Source: Plasmodiophora brassicae (Eukaryota). From it: DNA of 64,000 nucleotides. Shown here in pieces: positions 12,991 to 22,482 of the stretch. The notes beneath the pieces were generated by a model. The model saw nothing but the letters and a program-made list of their open reading frames with translations. It had not been told where the DNA came from and made no database searches. Numbering within the stretch: position 1 is the first letter of the stretch; each line of letters begins with the position of its first letter. The stretch lies in the NCBI GenBank assembly GCA_036867785.1, contig CP145416.1:1054001-1118000 (forward strand), in the 5' to 3' direction. Position numbers and translations under genes: made by a program.

Positions 12991-13290
12991 CAGCAGGCGG
13001 TCAGAGGAACACCGGTGGCCTGAGAGGCATACAGCACGGCGGGACACGTACTCTGGGACTTGGACCAGGTACGACCGTGGCCTTGACGTTCTGCAGGAGA
13101 TGCCGAGGCGGGATCGACAGGAGGGTGGTGGGAGAGGTAGTCCGTCAAAATGTCACGATCAGGCAAGCTGATGCAACGAACGCTTTGACGGACTGGCGAA
13201 GTCCGTCGCGGGGTTCTCGGTTTATTCCGGACTTATAGATCTGTTAGTTATTTTGGCGTTATATAACGGGCGTTATATAACGTTATGTCA

Positions 13291-14286
13291 GAGCATCTCC
13301 ACCCGGCTAGCCATAGCCATAGCTAAAATGTCCGTTTTGCGGCAATTTTGGCGATAGCTATTTTCCCAATCCCCATCCAGTGATAGCCATAGTTATTTTA
13401 CTGTGCCAGCATTTCGTGCACATTGCACTTGTCGTCGGATGTAATCCTCGATTCCGTTCAATGACAGCACTGGCATCGTTCGAATAGGCTTCTGCGGCGA
13501 ATCTCCAGTTTCTCGAGCTAGTCTGTCGACACCACACGAGCAAGAAGACGCAGAAACCCGTATCTGGTGGGTCCAGACCCTGTCGCAGACCCAATGCTGA
13601 ACGAAACTCTGAATACGGTACGGAACGAAACATTCGCGAATAATTTGCTGCAGGTGCGACGTACAACGAACATCTCTGTTCAGGCGGCGCTTCCGTAGAA
13701 ACCTTTGTTCGCGAGATCATGGGCGGGTTCCTAGGACAAGATCCATGGTTTCAGAAAAGAACCACTCATTCACCGGCGGGCTTCCAGGTATAACTCTGCA
13801 GAAAGTTGTCGCAGCCATGCGAATCATCGCTGTAGACCGGACCGCCAACTAGGCCACGAGAGCAGCTGCTCTCGTGGCCTAGTTGGGCGGTCCGGTAAAC
13901 ATCGCGTACGGGTGTGCTGACGCTTGTAGCTAATACGTTCGTTTGATTTCTGCCCGTTTCTGACACCAGGATCATGGGAAATGTCAACATAGGCACGCGC
14001 CAATGACACGCCCTCCTTTCCGGCCCGCTCCGAGCCTCTACGACCTTTCTTCGCCTCATATCGCCCATGGTTCCCTCGATCAACAGGAACCACGAGGCCG
14101 TCCCCACGATCTCCCAGTCAGACAAAATGTGCGCAACTCCGTGGCTAGAGATTTGCTTGCCTAGCTATTTCGCGCCGAAATGGCGAGGCAAGTCAAAAAA
14201 ATATAGCGATAGCTAGCCCGGGTGGGGCTGTTTTCTAGCTAAAATTTGACTATAGCTAGGGAAATAGCTACGGGTTGGGGATGCTC
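13291..14286. mobile_element. PIF/Harbinger (Tourist-like) non-autonomous element
   Basis: TIR gagcatctccacccg / cgggttggggatgctc; 3-bp TSD TCA at 13288-13290 and 14287-14289; subterminal tagcta motifs. Confidence 0.85.
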
Positions 14287-14530
14287 TCACAGAGGCGTTA
14301 TATAACGCGTTATATTCCATTTATAACGAATAACAGTGTACCGGTCATGTTTCACACCCATCCTGATTCTACGACCACTTCCTCGGTACCAGAGTCGCTG
14401 TAGATCACGTGGTCGTCAATTTCGTTTGGATGCACTACGCGGTCGACCTCGCGATCACAGGCATCTACAAATTCGAAGTCGTCGACAGGATCAATCACGT
14501 CGTCATCTTCGCATCCACCGGCAGCAGATC

Positions 14531-17500
14531 TGTGCTAACGCCGCCGCTGCCCACTACGGGGGCGGTCGGTCGCAAGAGTCGGCGCCTGGTGATATAACGA
14601 ACTGATGTATTTGGACAGGATCGTCACAGCAAGGGCCGCTGCGGGGTCGAGTACGGTCATGATCATGTGACCGGGTGGCAGCAGCATCTGAGCAGCATCA
14701 TCTGAGTACTGGTACTCTGGATGAACACTCCCCGTGTTAGAAATCTGCTAACAGTCGTGAGCAGAGCGGGTCTCCTTCGGCTTGTCGTTCGAGGAAGGCC
14801 CTGACGATATCAGGAACATCGGCCGCCATGACCGAGTAAGGTTCCCATGAATTGTCGGTGGCATCGAATCCGATCCAGTTGATCAGTAGTTCAGTGTCAC
14901 CTGACGTAGAGTTGACTCGAATGTCCTCGACTGCGTTGACTTGGTAAGCCACGCCGGTGAGCGCGATGTTGTGCTTCAGGGAAGAGGTGACATTCAAGTG
15001 CGCATCTGCATAGAACATTAAGCGCTGGGCGTGTACATCTGAGATACGATCAGTCAAGAGATCTCGAACTCGATACACCCAGTCGTTGCTGGTGTCGATA
15101 ATCTGGGCAGGTCCAGTCCAGTTGTACTCGGACTTGGAGTGCTTGCCATGGTTGGCCACGAGAACATAGTCGCCCGTCGTGAAGTTGATCTCGCGAACAT
15201 TGCGTCGGCGACGCCGGGCGCGTTGCTTGAGATCACGTAGATGGGTGCGTGTACGTGCCACTGCTTTGTGCATGTCCTCGAGAGAATCGATAAGTTCCGT
15301 CGTCATTTCCTTGAGACGGTCAGGGGTCAACGGTACGTCGATAACCGCGTCGATGCGTTTGTTGAAGATAATCGAGATAGGTGTCGAGGGTGGCAAACCC
15401 GTAAACATCGTGACAGGCGCGTAGCCCACACTTGATCGAACAGTGTGATTTACCGTCATGTTGATCAGCGGAAGGACATACGGCCAATCCTGGAATGGAA
15501 GATTTAGCTCGGAGAGGAGGGACTTCAGCAGAAAGAGAAGCCGCTTGTTGACAACCTCAACCGTGCCGTTCGCCCAAGGTGTGTAGGCAGTTGTGAAATG
15601 ATGGTTGCAGTGTAACCGGCTATTAAGCTCGGCGATAACCGCGTTTTTGAAGTGTGTGCCGCGGTCAGAGACATGTTGGAAAACAATGCCGAAACGTTTG
15701 AACCAATCCAGAAGAGATTCGGCGACAACGCTGTGATCCGCGAATTGACAAGGAATTAACTCGACGAATGCCGTGGCGTCGTCCTTCAGAACCAGAACAT
15801 AACGAAGTTGATGAGAATCGCCTGGACGAGGTTTGGATAAGAACAGAAAGTCATAGTGGATGACCTTATTGGGCTTGTCCGCATGCATAGCCGTGCCAAA
15901 AGGTCGGGGAATCATCGAATCTTTGTTGCGTAGGCAGTGTAAGCATTTGTCCACAAATGCACGAACAAAGGAATCCAGATCAGGCCACCAGAAGAGTTGT
16001 GCGATGCTCGAAATAGTCGATGCAGCAGGTTGATGACCAGACAGTCCCATATGTGAAATCACTGCGATGCGTAGCTGCAGTGCATGTGATGGTACCCAGA
16101 GTTGATTGTCTGGAGTACGCCAGCCAGATTCCGGGCTAAGGTGGAGAGACATGTCCCCTTCGAGTTGGAGAATATCGGAAACGGCAGATAGGTCGTGTTG
16201 GCGAATGTAGTCGGTCTGAGCGTTACTAATCTCGTCGACAGACGGCCAGATAAACTCATCGGTCATCTTGTAATCGTCGAAGTCAAGATTAATTGCCATA
16301 TGACGAATAGAACGGAACGATGGAGGGGAAAATGAGGAGAGTGGTTGCAGGGCGACGCCCCACCGCGTGGCGAGGTCGGCCCAAACGTTGTCCTCCCCAG
16401 CAATGTGCTCAATGTGAAAATCTAGGTCGATAATCTGAAGTCGCCAGCGCTCCAAGCGATCGCCGGTCGTCCGACTAATTCGTGCAACCGAGGCTGGGTT
16501 CAGAATGAAAACCAAATTACGGTGGTCCGTGAAGATTCGAAGTGCCAACTTTGACATAGATATGAAGTGTCTGAGGCGATAGCAGCCTTCGATGATGGCG
16601 TAGGCCTCCTTCTCAATGGTCGCCCACTTCAATTGAGAACCACGGAATGTCCCCGAGATGAACGACAAAGGTTCGTGGTGTTGCTCACCGTACGGAAGAT
16701 CAATATCTTCCGGAGGGATCTGCGACAGGACAACAGACCAGAAACGGTCACTCGCATCCGGAAAGAGACACATGATCCATTCGTCCTTGGGGTGCGCCAG
16801 CGTCATGGCCTCCGATAGACGATGCTTCAGAGAATTGAAACTGGTGAGATGGTCAGTGGTCCAGCCGATGTCGGCTAAACGAACTCGACGTAGGTGTGAT
16901 TTCTTCAGACTGCTGACAGAACGAGAAGCGGACAGAAGTAGATCCTGTAGCGGATGAACATGTGCCGCGAATTGAGGGATAACAGAACGGACCCAATTGA
17001 GGCCCGAGAGGAACTGTTGGAGATCAGCAGCCGTGATAGGAGTTGATAGATCGTGCAAGGCGTTGAGATACGAGCGATCGAACGACACTCCATCAGCGGA
17101 TATAACGCGACCGCACCATGTCACTGAAGTGAGATATAACTGGCAGCGATCAGGGTTGAGTTTAACTCCAAACTCGTCGAAAGCGTTGAGAAGAGATTCG
17201 AGTGTGTCCATGTAGGCTCCGAATCCAGATACGTAGCCGAGGATATCGTCGATCCAGAGTAGGGCGCAGATATATAGAAGTTTCCCCAACACCTGTTGCA
17301 TTCCCGCCTGGAACGCAAACACGCAATCAGCGATTCCCTGGATGATGCGCCTGGGTGTAAACGTGGCGATGTGCGTCATGAACGAGCAGGCCTCCTGCGA
17401 ATCAGGGTGCAACGGAAATTGCCAATAGCCTTTAAAGGCATCGAACAGCATGAAGATGGTCGCGGAACGTAGGTAGGTCAGGATGATGTCGATGTGAGGC

Positions 17501-19866
17501 ATCGGCCATGCAATGCGTTCGGTCTGTTTGTTGACGGCTTCATTGATGTCGACGGTCAGCCGATGGCCGCGAACCTCCGTGTCCTTCTTGTCGACGACCA
17601 GACACGGCGACGCGTACCTGCTGTGCGGATTGCGGTACACAAAATCGTTTTCCGCCAAGGTTCCTACGTGATCATCCATGAATTTTTGATGTTCGAGGGT
17701 ATACCTTCGTGTTCGGCAACGAACAGGACGAGCATCTGCTTTGAAGTGTAGTTTCAGTGGACTTACTTTCGCAGGTGGATCACGGCCAAGCTTCGTTCGC
17801 CATATGTCTTTGTGTCGATTGACAGTTGTGCGTAGACGCGGGACTTGATCGTTAGGGAAACCGGAGTCAGTTGCACGTTGTATCATCCGGTCTATTGCCC
17901 TGTCCACGTCTGTATCGGAGTGTTCTCCGATTTCGACATCATAGTCGTCACCCGGATCATTGGTGTCCAATTGGGGCTCATGATCGCGAGTTGTTCCACT
18001 TACCTCCGGGTGTCTTACCGCTCTCATCGTGATCCCTTGACCACCTGGGGCGTGACGTTCCGGGGTCGGATCCGCTTCGATGATGATAGGACCATTTGCC
18101 TCGATTAACATCTCCTTCAGTTGTGTAGCTGGATTGATACCCAACGCGTCCAGTTCCGGGGCTCCTAAAAGGACAATGTCATCAGATAGGTCTTCGCGAC
18201 ATACGTTGATTTCCCGCCCGCGTAGATGTGCAGGTTTGCCATGCGAAGGTGGGACAATGGTGATGTCCACGATCGCTGTGGCGACAATTGTTGTCGTAGC
18301 CCCGATCGTTGCAAGTTTCGCCTCCGTTGGATGGTCGAACACTTTGACTGGGACATGCTGGATGGCTTGAATCCGTAGCAGTTGCGATTGCGAAATGACG
18401 GTCTTCGTCGCACCACTATCGGCTTCGAATGGAAGGTCGAGCGAGTTCTGGAAGCGAAGTCTCATAGGGGACGGTGTTGACGGCGACGGCGGGCCCATGC
18501 GCTTTGCCGTGTCTGCGTTGCCCTTACTCTCCTCCTTCTCTTTGCGCTCTTTCTGGAACTTTTCAATGGCAGCTTTGCGTTCTCCTTGAGTTGCCTTCGG
18601 GCACACTTGGACCCAGTGCTGCTCCTTGCAGATTAGGCAACCTGCCTTTGGAGGATCCTTACCTTCGAAACGTTTTCGGATGTGCTCGGGGATGTCCCTC
18701 GATTCGTCTTTCGTTTGCGATGTGGACGATTGAGCTGTCTTCAGTCCGATCGGATTTGTCGGATGCTTGCCGCCATTCCTATTCGGAGCAACAACGTCCT
18801 TACCTTTCTTACCTGCAGGTGGGGACATGGTCTGCGCTGGAGACTTCTTCTTCTCAGCTTGCAGCCGGAAGTGTTTGTCCTGCTCTTTGGCAAGACGGTC
18901 GACGAGGTCGAAGAATTTGAGCTCGTCCTTCTCAGCGTCCCTGCACCCTCCGAACTCGATCGCGCGTTCGACTAGAACCGCAAGGTCAGTGGGACGGATA
19001 CCTCCGCGTAATACCTTGATCTTGCGCTTGGTTCCTTTCGTTCCTTTGGCGTATGTGTCTTGTAGCCCATAGTCGTCGATTAGCTCATCGAACTTGGCGA
19101 AGAAAGACGTGACACGTTCCTCAATACTCTTGATTGACAGGTTCATGACCACTGTCTTCGTGAGAAGCGCCTTGATGTCTGTCGAACTCTCGACATCAGC
19201 CTCCCTGCGTTGGACTGACCTCAAGTAGCTCATGATGTCGCCATCCGTGATCGTGCTGGCGGGTTGACGTAGGCGATATTTCGACATCCCTCTGAGGACG
19301 TCCTCGGTAATGCATGACTTCACCGTTGGCGGATGAATATCCTCCTTGTAGATCAGTCGGCGCTCGTTAACGATCTCGACGTGTTTCCTATATTTCTTGA
19401 GGAAATCGTTAATTCCGTCCTTGGCCGTAAGGCTCAGGGTACGTAGGATGGGCGGTTTCAAAGGCATAAAGATCGGGCTCTTACCGTGCAGGTTTGTTGA
19501 CTGAAGCCCTCGATCGATTTCGTCATCTGTCGACGATTCATGCTCCTTGGCCTCGGCGTCGGAGTTGGTCCTGGCGTCGTCCTCCATCTGTAGACGAACG
19601 GGCGCTCTGCGGCCACCTCCTGCCATTAAGTGAGTTCGTTTGCTTGGGGCTCTTTGCGCAAGAAGCTTCTGTGCTAACGCCGCCGCTGCCCACTACGGGG
19701 GCGGTCGGTCGCAAGAGTCGGCGCCTGGTGATATAACGAACTGATGTATTTGGACAGGATCGTCACAGCAAGGGCCGCTGCGGGGTCGAGTACGGTCATG
19801 ATCATGTGACCGGGTGGCAGCAGCATCTGAGCAGCATCATCTGAGTACTGGTACTCTGGATGAACA
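14531..19866 (-). mobile_element. Full-length Ty3/Gypsy chromodomain-bearing LTR retrotransposon
   Basis: 197-bp LTRs at 14531-14727 and 19670-19866 (TG..CA), identical by eye; 5-bp TSD agatc; single intact ORF. Confidence 0.97.
14737..19626 (-). CDS. Gypsy gag-pol polyprotein (Gag with zinc knuckle, PR, RT, RNase H, IN, chromodomain)
   Basis: CLICKEQHWVQVC knuckle; ADSGA protease; FDAFKGYWQ and LLWIDD in RT; DAS...EKEAYAI...TDHRNL RNase H; HHCC plus SDRGTHF...NGTVE integrase; C-terminal LLINWIGFDATDNSWEP chromodomain. Confidence 0.97.
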   Translation of the reverse strand: MAGGGRRAPVRLQMEDDARTNSDAEAKEHESSTDDEIDRGLQSTNLHGKSPIFMPLKPPILRTLSLTAKDGINDFLKKYRKHVEIVNERRLIYKEDIHPPTVKSCITEDVLRGMSKYRLRQPASTITDGDIMSYLRSVQRREADVESSTDIKALLTKTVVMNLSIKSIEERVTSFFAKFDELIDDYGLQDTYAKGTKGTKRKIKVLRGGIRPTDLAVLVERAIEFGGCRDAEKDELKFFDLVDRLAKEQDKHFRLQAEKKKSPAQTMSPPAGKKGKDVVAPNRNGGKHPTNPIGLKTAQSSTSQTKDESRDIPEHIRKRFEGKDPPKAGCLICKEQHWVQVCPKATQGERKAAIEKFQKERKEKEESKGNADTAKRMGPPSPSTPSPMRLRFQNSLDLPFEADSGATKTVISQSQLLRIQAIQHVPVKVFDHPTEAKLATIGATTTIVATAIVDITIVPPSHGKPAHLRGREINVCREDLSDDIVLLGAPELDALGINPATQLKEMLIEANGPIIIEADPTPERHAPGGQGITMRAVRHPEVSGTTRDHEPQLDTNDPGDDYDVEIGEHSDTDVDRAIDRMIQRATDSGFPNDQVPRLRTTVNRHKDIWRTKLGRDPPAKVSPLKLHFKADARPVRCRTRRYTLEHQKFMDDHVGTLAENDFVYRNPHSRYASPCLVVDKKDTEVRGHRLTVDINEAVNKQTERIAWPMPHIDIILTYLRSATIFMLFDAFKGYWQFPLHPDSQEACSFMTHIATFTPRRIIQGIADCVFAFQAGMQQVLGKLLYICALLWIDDILGYVSGFGAYMDTLESLLNAFDEFGVKLNPDRCQLYLTSVTWCGRVISADGVSFDRSYLNALHDLSTPITAADLQQFLSGLNWVRSVIPQFAAHVHPLQDLLLSASRSVSSLKKSHLRRVRLADIGWTTDHLTSFNSLKHRLSEAMTLAHPKDEWIMCLFPDASDRFWSVVLSQIPPEDIDLPYGEQHHEPLSFISGTFRGSQLKWATIEKEAYAIIEGCYRLRHFISMSKLALRIFTDHRNLVFILNPASVARISRTTGDRLERWRLQIIDLDFHIEHIAGEDNVWADLATRWGVALQPLSSFSPPSFRSIRHMAINLDFDDYKMTDEFIWPSVDEISNAQTDYIRQHDLSAVSDILQLEGDMSLHLSPESGWRTPDNQLWVPSHALQLRIAVISHMGLSGHQPAASTISSIAQLFWWPDLDSFVRAFVDKCLHCLRNKDSMIPRPFGTAMHADKPNKVIHYDFLFLSKPRPGDSHQLRYVLVLKDDATAFVELIPCQFADHSVVAESLLDWFKRFGIVFQHVSDRGTHFKNAVIAELNSRLHCNHHFTTAYTPWANGTVEVVNKRLLFLLKSLLSELNLPFQDWPYVLPLINMTVNHTVRSSVGYAPVTMFTGLPPSTPISIIFNKRIDAVIDVPLTPDRLKEMTTELIDSLEDMHKAVARTRTHLRDLKQRARRRRRNVREINFTTGDYVLVANHGKHSKSEYNWTGPAQIIDTSNDWVYRVRDLLTDRISDVHAQRLMFYADAHLNVTSSLKHNIALTGVAYQVNAVEDIRVNSTSGDTELLINWIGFDATDNSWEPYSVMAADVPDIVRAFLERQAEGDPLCSRLLADF

Positions 19867-20544
19867 AGATCCCACAGAGATTCTGTCCAGGAGTGGAAAC
19901 TGATGAGGTGCTTGAGGAGTCCGTCTATCGGGCGTGCGTCCGGGACCTTTCGCTTGAGTTGGGACGAATTGAAACACACTGCAGTCTGGCGTTCAATATT
20001 CGCGTCTCCAAGTCTGCTTCGAGATGTCAATGCGAGTCCGCCGGAATTCCACGGCCTGTCCGCGCAGTCCGGGCTGTCCGGGGCGGTCTCCAAGCGTCTC
20101 CAAAAAGGGCGTTATATAACCGTTATATAACCGTTATATAACGTTACATAACGTTATATAACGCCCCCCCCCCCCCCCGCCAAGCGTTATATAACAGATC
20201 TATATTCCGGACAGTCCTCACATGGCTGTCATGAAGATCATGACCATTGGTGCTCCGCTATTGTTCGCCCATCGCAGCTACCAGTGGCCGTTCTTTGCCA
20301 AACATGAGAAAGTGACGCAATTTGGGCCCAAATTTTGGACCACGCAGAGCACCTTCAAAATTTAGAACTGGGCGCCTGTATTGCTCTTCTCAAAGTCTTA
20401 CAGAGCATATGCTTCAATACCGTAAATATCTAAGAATGGCCCTAATCTTTCGATGTTTCACAAATCACGGTCTTTTTGTGAAACGGAGGGAGTATATAAA
20501 GAGGCCTGCGGGCTGCGGCCTGCCATACTCTGTTGCTGTTGGAT

Positions 20545-20645
20545 GAAACCACTGACGCAGTTTACGAACGCACTGACGCACCTTTAGGAACGCACTGAAC
20601 GCACATTTACGAACGCACTGACGCACTTCACGAAGCCACCCCGGT
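20545..20645. repeat. Tandem acgaacgcactgacgcac-type repeats, probably subterminal repeats of an older transposon end
   Basis: Four to five imperfect copies of cgcactgacgcac followed by gccaccccgg. Confidence 0.6.
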
Positions 20646-20769
20646 AAATCATGTCTGTCCACCACGGACTTCCGCTACGGACTATGCCACGGAGAGAGGA
20701 GTGCGGACTCAAGTCGGGACAAGCCCAAATTACATCGTTTCATTGTCATCGTCGTACGACGTCATCAGC

Positions 20770-21696
20770 ATGCAGGCGTTCTTCGGGTTCACGGCTCTGG
20801 CGCTGGTCGTTGTCATTGCCGTCGCGGTGACGGGGCAGATTTCGACGGTAGACGTCGAGAACAGCCTCCCTGTATACAGTACTGAGGATCCGGGCACCGT
20901 CGATTCCATTCCGCAAGCTGTTTCCGCCGCCGGAAAACGTATTCCATTCCACACAGTTTTCGACGTGGAGAGTCGCGTGGTAAAGCATGCCTGCAGCAAA
21001 TTGTGCCAAGGTCTTGTGCAACCGGTTCTTTTGGTTGCAGGAACGTTAATGCTGCTAGCCGTTGCCATCGCTGTTGTGTTACCATTCATCGCCATGCTAG
21101 CTGCAGCTGGCGGCGCGTCTGTGGAAGCTCTCCGCACGCACCGCATTTCGTACACGAACGCAGCGGCACGTCAGGCCGTCATCTCTGCCTTTGCCAGTGT
21201 TGGAGCCGCATTTGGGGCACAAATTGCGGCAGCCATCATTCTCACCATCATCTTCACCGTTCTTCCTCTTCGTATCGCATCGGGTGTTTCGAAAACGCTT
21301 GCTCCTTTTCTGCGAGTCGCTGGCTCCTGCGTTAGCGGCATGGCGGCCAGTGCTGCCAATGGCCAGGATGTCGTCATTGGCGCCAAATGTGGCTCCGTGT
21401 ACGGTGCTGCCATGCTAGTCCCTCAACTGTGGACTCAATACTGTATGCCTCAAGACGATAATGGAAAACCTGATCTGTCAGGTCGCGGTTGTCGTTGCCT
21501 GAACCCGTTGTTTTGGATCGACCTGGGAATGTTGACTTCCCAAATCTGGATCGCTATCCTGGCCCTGTTCGTGTCGGTCCCTGGGTATTCGCACAATATG
21601 GTCGGCTCTGGTGCTCTCATGGGTCTCTTTGGCTTGGGAGATATTGCCTGTATTGCCGACAAGTTCCCCGTTCCATCTCTCCCTCCTTCCAACTGA
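20770..21696 (+). CDS. Intronless protein with signal peptide and several hydrophobic segments, unknown family
   Basis: ATG at 20770 (MQAFFGFTALALVVVIAVAVTG); 4-6 Ala/Gly-rich hydrophobic stretches; about 308 aa open frame. Confidence 0.65.
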   Translation: MQAFFGFTALALVVVIAVAVTGQISTVDVENSLPVYSTEDPGTVDSIPQAVSAAGKRIPFHTVFDVESRVVKHACSKLCQGLVQPVLLVAGTLMLLAVAIAVVLPFIAMLAAAGGASVEALRTHRISYTNAAARQAVISAFASVGAAFGAQIAAAIILTIIFTVLPLRIASGVSKTLAPFLRVAGSCVSGMAASAANGQDVVIGAKCGSVYGAAMLVPQLWTQYCMPQDDNGKPDLSGRGCRCLNPLFWIDLGMLTSQIWIAILALFVSVPGYSHNMVGSGALMGLFGLGDIACIADKFPVPSLPPSN

Positions 21697-21789
21697 TCTG
21701 TGATGTAACACCTTTCCTGATCAGTCTCATCAATGTACGTTCTCTCGACAATTTGTTCAAGCTTCCATGCATTCGGGGGGTCTCAGTCC

Positions 21790-22350
21790 CAATACAGAAC
21801 GATTGAACACTAACTCATGGTTTACTATACCATAGATATCGTTGTGGAACTTCTCCCCCAACTTGCCAAAGCAGGTCCGAGGTTCTTCATAATGTGCCAG
21901 ACGCAGAGTGCATATGAACACATACCGGAAACGTAAACTGGATGGCTCTGGCCGTCAACTGGTCTCGAACCGTTAGCATAGCCGACGTCGTTTATTCCTT
22001 GCGCCTGCTTAACATTCCCGTTTGGTGCCATCTTGTTGAGAAGCCCTACCGAGACGGCGAGACCGATGTGTTGACGGTAAAATAACGTAATTGAGGCTGC
22101 TGACTTTGCATATTCCCAATGTTGAACTCTACACGTTTATCGGTATTGATGGCAACTTCGGAATTAAGCAATTGCCGGCGGAAACCAACCGGCGGGACAG
22201 GGACGTCTAATCACCTACATACGATTTCCCGCAACTGCCGACTCGACGCATCTCGTTTTTGGTGGCTGCACAGTGCACACTGCACCCGTGTCCCGTGCAC
22301 CACCCCACTCGGACAAGTCGCCAAGAGACACGCCGCCAGTCAACGTTGCA
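21790..22350 (-). pseudogene. Possible MULE/FAR1-type transposase relic
   Basis: ALCVWHIMKNL (CxxH motif of Mutator transposases) and CTGHGCSVHCAAT (FAR1/WRKY-like) in broken frames. Confidence 0.4.
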
Positions 22351-22482
22351 GACACGTGAACGCAACGCGTACCGAATAAGGGATAGAAGTAGGAAACGAC
22401 GTCTCATGGAGGGCAATTGCGGATGTGCTTCTTGTTATGTATTCAGCGGGCGATTAAGCAACGATTTGGGATATGTAGCAAT

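Larger units (their letters stand above)
13234..20204. mobile_element. Non-autonomous TIR DNA transposon (hAT-like) inserted in the TRIM LTR
   Basis: TIR tatagatctgtta / taacagatctata; 8-10 bp target duplication (ta)ttccggac; multiple subterminal cgttatataac repeats at both ends (13256-13285, 14296-14330, 20108-20195). Confidence 0.75.
12411..20222 (-). mobile_element. TRIM-like miniature non-autonomous LTR retroelement
   Basis: 93-bp TG..CA direct repeats at 12411-12503 and at 13151-13232 plus 20213-20222 (second copy split by an insertion); 5-bp TSD tggct at 12406-12410 and 20223-20227; about 650 bp non-coding interior. Confidence 0.85.
11839..20492 (-). mobile_element. Tc1/mariner (Stowaway-type TIR) deletion derivative; outermost bounded layer of the nested TE stack
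   Basis: TIR ctccctccgtttcacaaaaagaccgtgatt at 11839 with its reverse complement ending at 20492, each flanked by TA; transposase N-terminal relic RRKPNLIDDQQRMVFEYL...KFGVRSETISVMWKRA on the - strand at about 12040-12410; about 840 bp once nested inserts are removed. Confidence 0.9.

Noticed and set aside
12530-13238. Several Pro/Ser/Val/Arg-rich ORFs inside the TRIM-like element
   Set aside because: Arise from gacg/ggac low-complexity repeats; no Gag motifs seen.
20164-20178. Poly-C run as a telomeric or regulatory signal
   Set aside because: Simple homopolymer inside the subterminal region of the hAT-like element; nothing further supports a function.
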